64,000 bases of DNA from Promethearchaeota archaeon. GTDB lineage: Archaea > Asgardarchaeota > Lokiarchaeia > Sigyniarchaeales > SOKP01. The stretch covers positions 128,251-192,250 of the forward strand of contig JAEOTP010000012.1 in the NCBI GenBank assembly GCA_016839765.1, in the 5' to 3' direction. The notes below the pieces were generated by a model. It did not search any database. It was not told the DNA's origin and was given only the letters and a program-made list of their open reading frames with translations. The translations under genes and the position numbers were made by a program. Below, piece after piece: positions 1 through 9,112 of this stretch (its first letter is position 1; each line of letters opens with the position of its first letter).

Positions 1-1141
1 GAGTTGTTAAATAGGCTCCTAACATACCAAAAATTGTCCCAAAGTTACATATTAATAATCCTTGGACAAGGACTATCGATAAATTATATTTTTTTGTAGC
101 ACCAAGCGTTCTAAAAACCCCAAATTCCCTTATTCTTTCTTCTACTGAGGTTTTTAATATGCCATTGATTAATACTCCAGAAATTAACATTGATATCATC
201 GATACGAAAACAAAAATGATTGTTATTCCAACACTTAACAGTTCTGAGAATCCGAGAATCTCGAGTTTTGGTACTTCCACATTATATTGATTTATTCCAA
301 TCATTAGGCGAATATCTCCGGCTATTTTTCTTACCCGATCCTTAGATCCACTTAAATCTCTAGCGTCATAAAATTCATTACCATTTTTGAATGTTAAAAT
401 CAATTCGTTAGATCTACCTTGAAAAGTTGCATTCCCAAAAATTTCATAAAGTGTTTCAACATCTACTATAATTAAAGGCCTATTTGTATATGAATATGGA
501 AATTTCAACTGAAAATCAAATATTTTATCAATAGTAAAATTTTGTATTCTATAATAACTCACATTCCCGTGGTATAATCTCATTCTAATTTCTATTGTAT
601 CATTAACAGCATACTTAATAATATCATTAAATTTATAGTAAATTGCGCAATGATACAAGGGCAAAGATGGTAATTCAAGTAATTGGGTCGTTTCTGGCTT
701 AACAAACGCCCCAAAATTTATTTCATTTTCTAATGTGAAGTTAATTCCTGAAATGAACACAGTTGTTCTCTGGTTAGTAAGAAGAGATGACTCAAAACCC
801 TCAGAAATATTTATATTTCCCCATAAATCCATACGTGGTACGAAATTTCCAATTTCATCAAAATTTGATCTAATAGAATCGATTAATGGGTTAAATTCAA
901 AATAATTTGATCGATCTTCAGGCTCATTATGGTAATGCCTAACACTTATTTTCATATCGGCATTTCCAGCATCAATCGCCATATAATCGATGTATGTAAC
1001 GGCTATAGAATCAGATAAAAATAGGACTATCGCTAATAATCCCACAGAAATCATTACACCAAAGATTCCGACTATAGTTCGTACTTTTTGCTTTCCTAAG
1101 TCCTTAAAAGCATATTTAAATACTAATTTGATATTTGACAT
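1..1141 (-). CDS. ABC transporter permease, FtsX/MacB family (runs off the left edge)
   Basis: Translated manually, not in the ORF track. ATG at 1141 gives MSNIKLVFKYAFKDLGKQKVRTIVGIFGVMISVGLL..., and later the FtsX motif SVEERIRELGVFRTLGA. Directly downstream of a LolD-type ATPase. Confidence 0.85.
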   Translation of the reverse strand, partial: MSNIKLVFKYAFKDLGKQKVRTIVGIFGVMISVGLLAIVLFLSDSIAVTYIDYMAIDAGNADMKISVRHYHNEPEDRSNYFEFNPLIDSIRSNFDEIGNFVPRMDLWGNINISEGFESSLLTNQRTTVFISGINFTLENEINFGAFVKPETTQLLELPSLPLYHCAIYYKFNDIIKYAVNDTIEIRMRLYHGNVSYYRIQNFTIDKIFDFQLKFPYSYTNRPLIIVDVETLYEIFGNATFQGRSNELILTFKNGNEFYDARDLSGSKDRVRKIAGDIRLMIGINQYNVEVPKLEILGFSELLSVGITIIFVFVSMISMLISGVLINGILKTSVEERIREFGVFRTLGATKKYNLSIVLVQGLLICNFGTIFGMLGAYLTT

Positions 1142-1177
1142 TTATCACAAAAGTTTATAAATTAAAATTATACAAAT

Positions 1178-2356
1178 TTACTGGAGGATGAGTAAATCTC
1201 CTTCTACTTTTCCATTAATATTATTTTCTTTTAATAATTCTCTTAAAATATCATCAAAATGCTCTGGTAAATTCATAATAATCGGAGTTGGAACACTAGT
1301 CTTAATATCATTTACATTTATTTCCGTTTTACCTTGATTAGCAAATAAATATCTAAAAATCATACCCTTACATTTTTCTTTATTTATTTCAGCTTCCTGT
1401 TTCCTTTTTAATTCCATTACAGCTGTTTCTTTCAAACCACCCACCTTTCCTTCATGTGTTAACTTTCCATCTCTCATATGAAAAACTCTCGTGGCGAACT
1501 CTGAAACCGCCGCATCATGGCTCACAGCTATAAATGTTGCACCTCTTCTATTTAAATCTCTAAGAAGATTTAAAATCATAACTCCCGTTTTGCTATCAAG
1601 GTCTCCTGTAGGTTCATCCAATATTACAATAGCAGGATCGTTTGCAAAAGCTCTTGCTATAGCCACTCTTTGTTGCTCTCCACCTGATAGTTCTGATGGA
1701 GTATGATGAGCTCTTTCTTCAAGTTCAACAAGCCTTAATAAATCAAGTGCTTTTTTCCTTTTACCTCTCCTACTTAATTTACCGGAAAAATGCAAAGGGA
1801 CCATCACATTTTCTTGAGCAGTCATTTGAGGTAAAAGATTATAAAATTGGAAAACAAAACCGATACTTTCTTTTCGAATATCTGCTAAATCATTGTCATT
1901 AAGCATTGAGATATTTTTACCCTCCAAAAAGATTTTTCCTCTTGTTGGAGTGTCCAAGCCACCAATTAAATTAAGTAATGTTGTTTTTCCACTTCCGCTC
2001 GGACCCATTATATCTATAAAATCTCTTTTATCAATAGTTAAGTCAACACCTCGGAGTGCGGCTACGGCTGTTGTTCCTAATAAGTAAGTTTTATGTAGGT
2101 TCTCAGCAACTATTAAATGAGCATAATCTTTTCCTATATCTCTTCCATGTTTAATATCTTCTTTAAGTTGCTTTCTCTCTTCGCGAGAAATGCTGAGCAT
2201 TTCCAATTTTTGTTTTTTAATCTCGTCTTTTTGCTTTCTATTTTGCCATTTTTTAAAATCATTGCTTACTTTTCCTTTCCAAATTGCCAATTTTCCTGTT
2301 TCTTGTTCATATTCTTCCATTTCCGGGCTTTTTTTCATATTAGAATCTTCAGACAT
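1178..2356 (-). CDS. ABC transporter ATP-binding protein (LolD/MacB type) with N- and C-terminal extensions
   Basis: Walker A GPSGSGKT, Q-loop FVFQFYNL, signature LSGGEQQRVAIARA, Walker B ILDEPTG, H-loop VSHD. Confidence 0.92.
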   Translation of the reverse strand: MSEDSNMKKSPEMEEYEQETGKLAIWKGKVSNDFKKWQNRKQKDEIKKQKLEMLSISREERKQLKEDIKHGRDIGKDYAHLIVAENLHKTYLLGTTAVAALRGVDLTIDKRDFIDIMGPSGSGKTTLLNLIGGLDTPTRGKIFLEGKNISMLNDNDLADIRKESIGFVFQFYNLLPQMTAQENVMVPLHFSGKLSRRGKRKKALDLLRLVELEERAHHTPSELSGGEQQRVAIARAFANDPAIVILDEPTGDLDSKTGVMILNLLRDLNRRGATFIAVSHDAAVSEFATRVFHMRDGKLTHEGKVGGLKETAVMELKRKQEAEINKEKCKGMIFRYLFANQGKTEINVNDIKTSVPTPIIMNLPEHFDDILRELLKENNINGKVEGDLLILQ

Positions 2357-2564
2357 GGTTTTTTACCTAAATAGATTAATTTAAAGTGAGATCAGTAATT
2401 GTTAAAGTTATTATAATTTAATAATGAAATTATCTTAATTTCTTTTTTTATATTCTTAGGTTTAAGTGAATACTTTTAATTTTTTAAACCTTCAGATTCT
2501 AATAAAATAGAACTATAGAGCCATTTCTTTAATTAATCCATAAAACAAGTCTAATATAAAATTT

Positions 2565-3308
2565 TTAAACTTTTTCAAATAGATTACTATTTTCTTTTAA
2601 ATACCTAAGAATAATTTCGCTTAATTCTTTTTCAGCATCCTTTTTCGTGTTAAATTGGCTAGATTCTAAATTTAATGGAATCTTTAATATCTCCTTTTCA
2701 TTCTGATCTAATAATTTTGGATTTTTGGCAATCCATCGAAGATTATGTTGGGGCCCTAATTTCTCATATTCATATCTAATATTAGGAGTTAATTTTAACT
2801 TATTTTGTAAAAATTCTAATAATTCATTTTTAGAAAAATTAGATGATTCTTCAATAAAGAGATCCCAATTTTCTATGAAACGATCTATGATTTTTTGTTC
2901 CACTAATTTTAAATTATAATTAGAATCGATATAAAGGGCCCCGCAAATGGCTTCAAAAACATCTGCAAGGATAGAAGTGCCTTCTACACTTTGTTTTTTA
3001 GAGGAAAAAATATAGTTAATTAACCTCATATTTGAGGCGATTTTCGAAAATGTGCGATTATTTTCTAAACATTGTTTAGTTTTAGTTAATTTTCCGGGAT
3101 CATTTTCTCCTTCATTATAAATTTTAAGACTAAAAATCAATTTAATAATCGAATCTCCTAGGGTTTCTAGAATCTCATAATGTGGTAAATCGTTTTCGTT
3201 TCCATATTGTGGAGTTGTTAATGCTTGAAGCAGAATTTCAGAATTATTAAATTTATAATCAATGAATTTTTGAAACTCTATTAATTTAAGCTCAATTTGC
3301 TTATTCAT
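2565..3308 (-). CDS. rnc: Ribonuclease III family protein with a degenerate dsRBD
   Basis: QALT, signature EILETLGD (canonical ERLEFLGD), ADVFEAICGALYID, and a C-terminal dsRBD-like region KNELLEFLQ...GPQH...KKDAE. Confidence 0.85.
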   Translation of the reverse strand: MNKQIELKLIEFQKFIDYKFNNSEILLQALTTPQYGNENDLPHYEILETLGDSIIKLIFSLKIYNEGENDPGKLTKTKQCLENNRTFSKIASNMRLINYIFSSKKQSVEGTSILADVFEAICGALYIDSNYNLKLVEQKIIDRFIENWDLFIEESSNFSKNELLEFLQNKLKLTPNIRYEYEKLGPQHNLRWIAKNPKLLDQNEKEILKIPLNLESSQFNTKKDAEKELSEIILRYLKENSNLFEKV

Positions 3309-3368
3309 AATCCTAACTATAAATATATTAAGAAAAATTTAAAAACTTAAACAAAACTAATTTATTAT

Positions 3369-3794
3369 ATGGAAAAAGATAAGCTTGATGAAACCCTCTC
3401 AACTATTAAATCTATTGATAAAAAAAAAATAGAAATGGAAAAAAATCTATCTGAATTACCTATTTTATCCAGAAAGGAAATGCTTATAGAAATAACAAAC
3501 GATATTATAAAGCAACATAAGATTTTACATGAGGAGGGTTTCTCGAAAGAGAGTGCTTTTATATCTGAGCCTAGTGAGGCAGACTCTATTTCAGTTATTC
3601 TTGATGATTTAATTTCAAATATTAAAAAAACCCCTTCGAAGAAGATAATATACCTACGATTATTTTTAGATAGATTTCATGAAATTTCTGAACAAGATAA
3701 AAATGTAATAATTCAATCTATAAAGGATGAGCATCCAGAAAAATTAAAAGAAAAAATACTCCCTTTAATTAGTGTATTTAAATTAGAAACTTAG
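3369..3794 (+). CDS. Hypothetical helical protein
   Basis: 141-aa ORF with ATG filling the gap between flanking genes; no motif recognised. Confidence 0.6.
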   Translation: MEKDKLDETLSTIKSIDKKKIEMEKNLSELPILSRKEMLIEITNDIIKQHKILHEEGFSKESAFISEPSEADSISVILDDLISNIKKTPSKKIIYLRLFLDRFHEISEQDKNVIIQSIKDEHPEKLKEKILPLISVFKLET

Positions 3795-3830
3795 AATTTT
3801 AAATAATAAGGAAATTTGGAATTGATACTT

Positions 3831-4226
3831 TTAATATTCAAACAATTTAAGTAAAACCAATACGTTTTTAATTCCTCTTATTTTCATTCTTCCTGTAAGG
3901 ATTTTTCCAACTATACTCCCCATTGAAATGTCTTCTCCTCCTAATAAATCTACAAATATTTGAGTTTTCGCTTGTAATAATCCATCCCAACCAACTACTT
4001 TCTTTTTTATATTTTCTTTTGGTTTGTTTTCGATACCCTCAATATAGACACTTCCTTTATCAATTACCAATAAAGCCGCATATTTGCCATCTTTTGCATT
4101 TAACAGAATTTTGAGTTCAGTATCCTTAAAGTCCTCTTTGAATTTTTCGATGCTATTTAGCGGCTCTACTTGCTTTGCTACTACTCCTGCAAATCCTTTT
4201 AATCTTTTCTTCTTTTCCTCACTCAT
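3831..4226 (-). CDS. SCP2 sterol-carrier-like protein
   Basis: 131 aa with C-terminal FVDLLGG...ILTGRMKIRG, typical of the SCP2 fold. Confidence 0.6.
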   Translation of the reverse strand: MSEEKKKRLKGFAGVVAKQVEPLNSIEKFKEDFKDTELKILLNAKDGKYAALLVIDKGSVYIEGIENKPKENIKKKVVGWDGLLQAKTQIFVDLLGGEDISMGSIVGKILTGRMKIRGIKNVLVLLKLFEY

Positions 4227-4379
4227 TAATATCCGCTCATTCTATTTTTTTTCTATTTAGTAATTAATTAAATCTAATATGATTTAAAGCTTTAAAAATT
4301 ACAAAACTTTTAAATATTCTAGGTCAAAAGAAAGAACATGTAATGAACTAATTAAGCACAGATCCCCTAATTACCTGCG

Positions 4380-4634
4380 CTAATAACCATCAGCTTCTGA
4401 GATGTCAAAGAGATCCTCATAAGCCTTACGGTCTTCACCAGAAATCCTCTCTCCTCTCAATCCTTCTTTAATAATAATTGGAGCGGACTCTTTTTCATCA
4501 TGTTTAATTGTTTTGACTAATTTGTAATCGTCTGGAGAATTTTTATCTAGTTCAAATTCTTGGTCACACGCTTTACAAAACAGTTTCTTTTTTTTCGGGA
4601 TTAAGATATTGTCACAATTCGGGCAAAATCTCAT
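4380..4634 (-). CDS. TFS/RPB9/RPA12/RPC11-like protein, N-terminal Zn ribbon only
   Basis: MRFCPNCDNILIP...FCKAC matches the TFS/RpoM N-ribbon. No C-terminal ribbon. GGTGAT RBS upstream. Confidence 0.7.
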   Translation of the reverse strand: MRFCPNCDNILIPKKKKLFCKACDQEFELDKNSPDDYKLVKTIKHDEKESAPIIIKEGLRGERISGEDRKAYEDLFDISEADGY

Positions 4635-4934
4635 CTTTCCGTGATCACCTTTTTAATGCTATAAATACTTTTCTATTCAGTTCATTTTTTTAAATTCAGA
4701 AATAATAAAAACGTATAATACTTATAAATTTAATTGAAACCGATAATAATGTGACTCATTCAAATATATAAATTTTTCTTTCACATCAAAGTTGTATTAT
4801 TATATCTTTGATAATTCTATAATCTCAAAAATTAAGTTCGACGGTTCTATTTTTACATAGATAAGTAATTAAGTAAAACTATTTAAAAATTTGAAGGTTT
4901 TAAATCATATGTTCATTATGTATTTTGATTATAT

Positions 4935-5654
4935 ATGAAAGTTGACAAATCTAAAATCTTAATTATTGGACATAAAGGAGCAAGTAAAAGTGAACCTGAA
5001 AACACATTAAGATCCTTTAGAAAAGCAATTGAGCTTCAAGCAGATTATATTGAATTAGACGTTCAAGTATCAAAGGATGGAGAAATAGTCGTAATCCATG
5101 ACTATGAAATTTCAAAATTAACTGGTCATAGTGGCAATGTTAAAGAAATGACTCTTGATGAATTAAAACAATTAAACATTGGAGAAGGTGAGAAAATTCC
5201 AACTTTACAAGAAGTAATTATGCTAGCACAAGGGGAAATTGGATTACAAATTGAGATAAAGGTCGAGAAAATTGGAAAAAAAATTATTGAAATGTTAAGA
5301 GATGCAAGTCTTATCGAGTCCACTATTATTAGTTCATTTATACATCACGAATTAGTAAAAATTAAAAAGTTAGAGCCCGAGATTAAATTAGGTGCGCTAA
5401 TTTCTGAAAGAATTTCAGAGCCAAGAGATTTAACAAACGCCACAAAGAGAGTTATAAAGAAAAAACTTTTTGCGATTCATCCCTATTTTGCTGGAGTTAA
5501 TAGAGAATTGATAGAATTCGCACATAATAATAACTTAAAGGTTAATGTGTGGACATTAAATGATAAACCAGATATGGAAAGATTAATAAAACTTGGAGTC
5601 GATGGTATAATCACTAACGACATAGCCTTAGCAAAAGAATTGCTGGGCCGTTGA
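4935..5654 (+). CDS. Glycerophosphodiester phosphodiesterase
   Basis: GHKGA...PENTL, IELDV, VIHD, WTLN, GVDGIITN. Confidence 0.93.
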   Translation: MKVDKSKILIIGHKGASKSEPENTLRSFRKAIELQADYIELDVQVSKDGEIVVIHDYEISKLTGHSGNVKEMTLDELKQLNIGEGEKIPTLQEVIMLAQGEIGLQIEIKVEKIGKKIIEMLRDASLIESTIISSFIHHELVKIKKLEPEIKLGALISERISEPRDLTNATKRVIKKKLFAIHPYFAGVNRELIEFAHNNNLKVNVWTLNDKPDMERLIKLGVDGIITNDIALAKELLGR

Positions 5655-5771
5655 TCTTAATATCAATTTACATATTCTCCTCTTAATTCCATTGCTTTAA
5701 AAAATTATTTTAGCAAAAGATTATTATATCAATTAATTTTTACTTAAAAAAAAAATCTCTTATTTTTTACA

Positions 5772-7268
5772 ATGTTAGAAACTAAACAGCTAATTATAAA
5801 GAGGTTTGAAAGATTATTCTATCCCAGAGCGATAGGAATCGTCGGAGCATCTTATAATCCAGCAGGTGGCGGTTATTTCGTTGAAATAATGAAAGATCGA
5901 TTCAGAAAACCTATTTATATTTTTAATCCCCGTTTAAAGGGGCAAAAACTTTATGGATTGGAGGTTCATGGATCGATCTTAGAAATTCCAGAGGATAAAC
6001 CAATTGATTATGTAATAATTGGAGTCCCTGCAAAAATAGTCCCAAAAATTTTAAACGAAATAGGTCAAAAGAAAGTCCCTTTTGTAACTATTTTCGCTTC
6101 TGGTTATAGTGAAATTGGTAATGAGAGTCTTGAAAAAGAAGTTTTAGATATAGCAAAGAAATATAATATTCGAATTATTGGACCCAATTGTTTAGGAGTA
6201 TATAATCCTGAAGCAGGATTATATATTGGGAGAGCTCAGTCAAAGAAAGCCGGAAACTTTGGAGCTGTGCTACAATCTGGAGGATTAGCAGTGAATGTTG
6301 CTCAGTTGGCTGATGCCTATGGTGTTGAAGTATCAAAAATGATTTCTGTTGGAAATGCAATTGATTTAGCGCACCCAGATTTTTTAGAATATTTTTTACA
6401 TGATACTCGAACAGCTTTTATTGGATTATACCTTGAAAATCTTAAAACACTACAAAATGGGCGACGCTTCATGAAAGCAGCAAAAGAATGCAATCTAAAC
6501 AGAAAACCAGTGATATTATGGAGAGCTGGCTATGGAGAAGCAACAAAAAAAGCAATTATGTCTCATACAGGAGGATTAGCAGGAAATAATAAGATATGGG
6601 AAGCTGTTGCTAAACAAACTGGTTGTTCACTTGTTAATAATTCCGTAGAACTTGCTACCTTAGCATCTGCGTTTAAGTTAATCCACTTACCTTCATCAAG
6701 AAATATTGGATTAATAGGGATTGGTGGTGGATCAACGATTGAGGCAGGAGATACTTTAGAAAAGTATGGTTTGAAAATTCCTAAATTAACAGAGAAAACC
6801 AGTGACAAAATGAGTCGATTTTTAAATGATGTAAATACTAATTTCGCTAACCCAATCGACTTAGGGGCTCAAGGGGCATTACCACACATATATTATCGTA
6901 CAATATTGACTTTAGATAAGGATCCAAATATTTCTGCCATAATCTTTGTTAAAGACCCTGAAAGGTTTAAGAACTTAGAGGATTCTCTGGTTGGAAAATT
7001 AGGTTTTGAAAAAGGTACGGATTTGAATAAATCTTTTATAAAATATATTGGAAAAGCTAAAAGAATATGTAAAAAACCTATGATCTGTGTTATGCTAAAA
7101 ATTTCAGAAGGTTTTGAAGAATATAAAAGCCGCTATAAATTTAAGCTTAGATTATTAAATAGAAACGTTCCTGTGTTCGAAAGCTTTGATCTTGCTGGAA
7201 AAGTGCTTGATAGTATGAATAAATATAGGGAATTTCTACAAAAGCATGGAAAGTATCCACGAAATTAA
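5772..7268 (+). CDS. ADP-forming acyl-CoA synthetase alpha-subunit family (CoA-binding)
   Basis: IVGAS, IIGPNCLG, QSGG, SHTGGLAG (phospho-His), NPIDL. Confidence 0.88.
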   Translation: MLETKQLIIKRFERLFYPRAIGIVGASYNPAGGGYFVEIMKDRFRKPIYIFNPRLKGQKLYGLEVHGSILEIPEDKPIDYVIIGVPAKIVPKILNEIGQKKVPFVTIFASGYSEIGNESLEKEVLDIAKKYNIRIIGPNCLGVYNPEAGLYIGRAQSKKAGNFGAVLQSGGLAVNVAQLADAYGVEVSKMISVGNAIDLAHPDFLEYFLHDTRTAFIGLYLENLKTLQNGRRFMKAAKECNLNRKPVILWRAGYGEATKKAIMSHTGGLAGNNKIWEAVAKQTGCSLVNNSVELATLASAFKLIHLPSSRNIGLIGIGGGSTIEAGDTLEKYGLKIPKLTEKTSDKMSRFLNDVNTNFANPIDLGAQGALPHIYYRTILTLDKDPNISAIIFVKDPERFKNLEDSLVGKLGFEKGTDLNKSFIKYIGKAKRICKKPMICVMLKISEGFEEYKSRYKFKLRLLNRNVPVFESFDLAGKVLDSMNKYREFLQKHGKYPRN

Positions 7269-8081
7269 TTAAGAAGGCTCATTCTTTATATGCTTTATTT
7301 CTATAGGACGTCCAGGACTTCCTTGATAATAAAATTTTCCAGGTTTACCTCTCCAATTTTTATGTAATACTGTGTTTGGAAAAATTACATTATCATCAGT
7401 GGTTAACGCATTTGGACCAGTTATATCACCTGGATAAAACGTGGTATTTCTACCTATTTTTACTTCTATCATTGTTATCTTTCCGAATATCGTATTAACT
7501 GCATGTGAAGATAAACCAGCTGTAGGATAAAAGAACACATTATCTCCTAAATCAGTGAATTCTAATCCAACATATCCATCGCAATAAATAACGTTCTTAC
7601 CTATCTTATTATGGCCTATTCTCTTTAGAGTACGATTTACAAGCCAAGGAAAAGGTGATTTTGAGGTTAGCCACATAGGAAATTTTATAATAAATCCTCT
7701 TTTGTGATAATACTTCATCATTTTTCCTTCTGGACTATCTACATCATCAAGAACGCGAGAAAATACTCCTTGCTGTGGTGGGGATTTTTTATTCCATCGT
7801 CTTACCCATAAAGCGGCAAATTCTACCAGTAGGATAAGATAGATATAATATAATAAAAATAGAACTACTGGAAGCATTATGAAATGAAAAATTGAGTCAA
7901 ATGAAAAGAAAATATTAATGATTCCATACTCAAAAAGAAGAAAAAACCCCAAGCATATATATAAAGGAACTAAAAAACTAATAAAATTTATCTTAAAGAA
8001 ATCTAGAGCAGGAAGTTCAACAGTTTTCTTTTCTTGTGTCTCATTTAAATTTTCCTGATTTAAAGTCGTATTTTCATCCAT
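7269..8081 (-). CDS. Membrane protein with a left-handed beta-helix (acyltransferase-like) domain
   Basis: Two N-terminal hydrophobic segments, hexapeptide-like repeats KIGKNV, DLGDNV, KIGRNT, and terminal YQGSPG. Confidence 0.6.
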   Translation of the reverse strand: MDENTTLNQENLNETQEKKTVELPALDFFKINFISFLVPLYICLGFFLLFEYGIINIFFSFDSIFHFIMLPVVLFLLYYIYLILLVEFAALWVRRWNKKSPPQQGVFSRVLDDVDSPEGKMMKYYHKRGFIIKFPMWLTSKSPFPWLVNRTLKRIGHNKIGKNVIYCDGYVGLEFTDLGDNVFFYPTAGLSSHAVNTIFGKITMIEVKIGRNTTFYPGDITGPNALTTDDNVIFPNTVLHKNWRGKPGKFYYQGSPGRPIEIKHIKNEPS

Positions 8082-8142
8082 AATATATCTATTGATATTT
8101 CATTATAAAAAATTAATTACAATTGAATATTTAACATTGTAT

Positions 8143-9087
8143 ATGGTTGATATATTAACTACAATTCTTGGGATATTTATTTCAATTATTGCTTCTTTTT
8201 GTTTTAATTTTGGTATTGTCCTCCAGAAGAAAGGTTTAAAAGAGGGTTCTGAGATAAAAATTGAAGAAGGAGTGAGAAATTTATATAATACTTTTAAGGA
8301 GTTTAGCAAAAATAAAAGTTGGCTTTCAGGCACTCTATTGGGATTGATTGGAATGATACCTTATGCTATTGCGATGGGACTGGTTGGAATAGTTGTTGTA
8401 CAACCATTAATGAGCATAGGGCTACTTTTCTTTGTAATATCTGCGGTTAAAATGCTGAATGAAAAGATTACTTATTATGAAATCATTGCCATAGGAATTT
8501 TAATAGTATCTCCAATATTAATAGCACTTGCAGGAATTACAAATATTTTTATTGATTTATATCAATTTGTTATTCCTTTTATTATATTTTTGAGTCCACT
8601 ATTCGTACTTGGTATTGGATTTTATTTCCTGTCAAAACAAAAACGAGGTACTCAGTTTGAAGGAATGTTTTTAATGTTTATAGGAGCGATTTTATATTCA
8701 ATCGGAGCCATTTTTACCAATATTTTAGCACAAGCTTTTACTGAAGCCAATATTTTTCCACTGTTTTTCTGGGAGATTTTATTTGGAATTTTTTGGTTTG
8801 ATTATTTACATTTATGGATGTTTATAAGTTCTTGGGGAATGCTAGTATTCTACATTTCAAGTGTTATTTTTTTACAATCAGCTCTTCAAAAAAGTAAAGC
8901 TTTAACAATTGTCCCAATCCAAAATACAATAATGCTAATAATACCCATAATCGCAGGTTTATTTGTTTTTAATCAAACTTTTCAAAACCTCATTTTATTT
9001 TTGGTTGCACTTGTTTTGATATTAATTTCAACAATCTCACTCAGTAGATTTCAAGTAAAAATAGAATTAATTCAAACTGATGGATAA
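8143..9087 (+). CDS. DMT-superfamily (NIPA-like) membrane transporter
   Basis: Multi-pass protein with FNFGIVLQKKG and VVVQPL motifs. ATG at 8143 preferred over the track start at 8092. Confidence 0.7.
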   Translation: MVDILTTILGIFISIIASFCFNFGIVLQKKGLKEGSEIKIEEGVRNLYNTFKEFSKNKSWLSGTLLGLIGMIPYAIAMGLVGIVVVQPLMSIGLLFFVISAVKMLNEKITYYEIIAIGILIVSPILIALAGITNIFIDLYQFVIPFIIFLSPLFVLGIGFYFLSKQKRGTQFEGMFLMFIGAILYSIGAIFTNILAQAFTEANIFPLFFWEILFGIFWFDYLHLWMFISSWGMLVFYISSVIFLQSALQKSKALTIVPIQNTIMLIIPIIAGLFVFNQTFQNLILFLVALVLILISTISLSRFQVKIELIQTDG

Positions 9088-9112
9088 GTAGTAATTAAAA
9101 AGATTTAATAAT

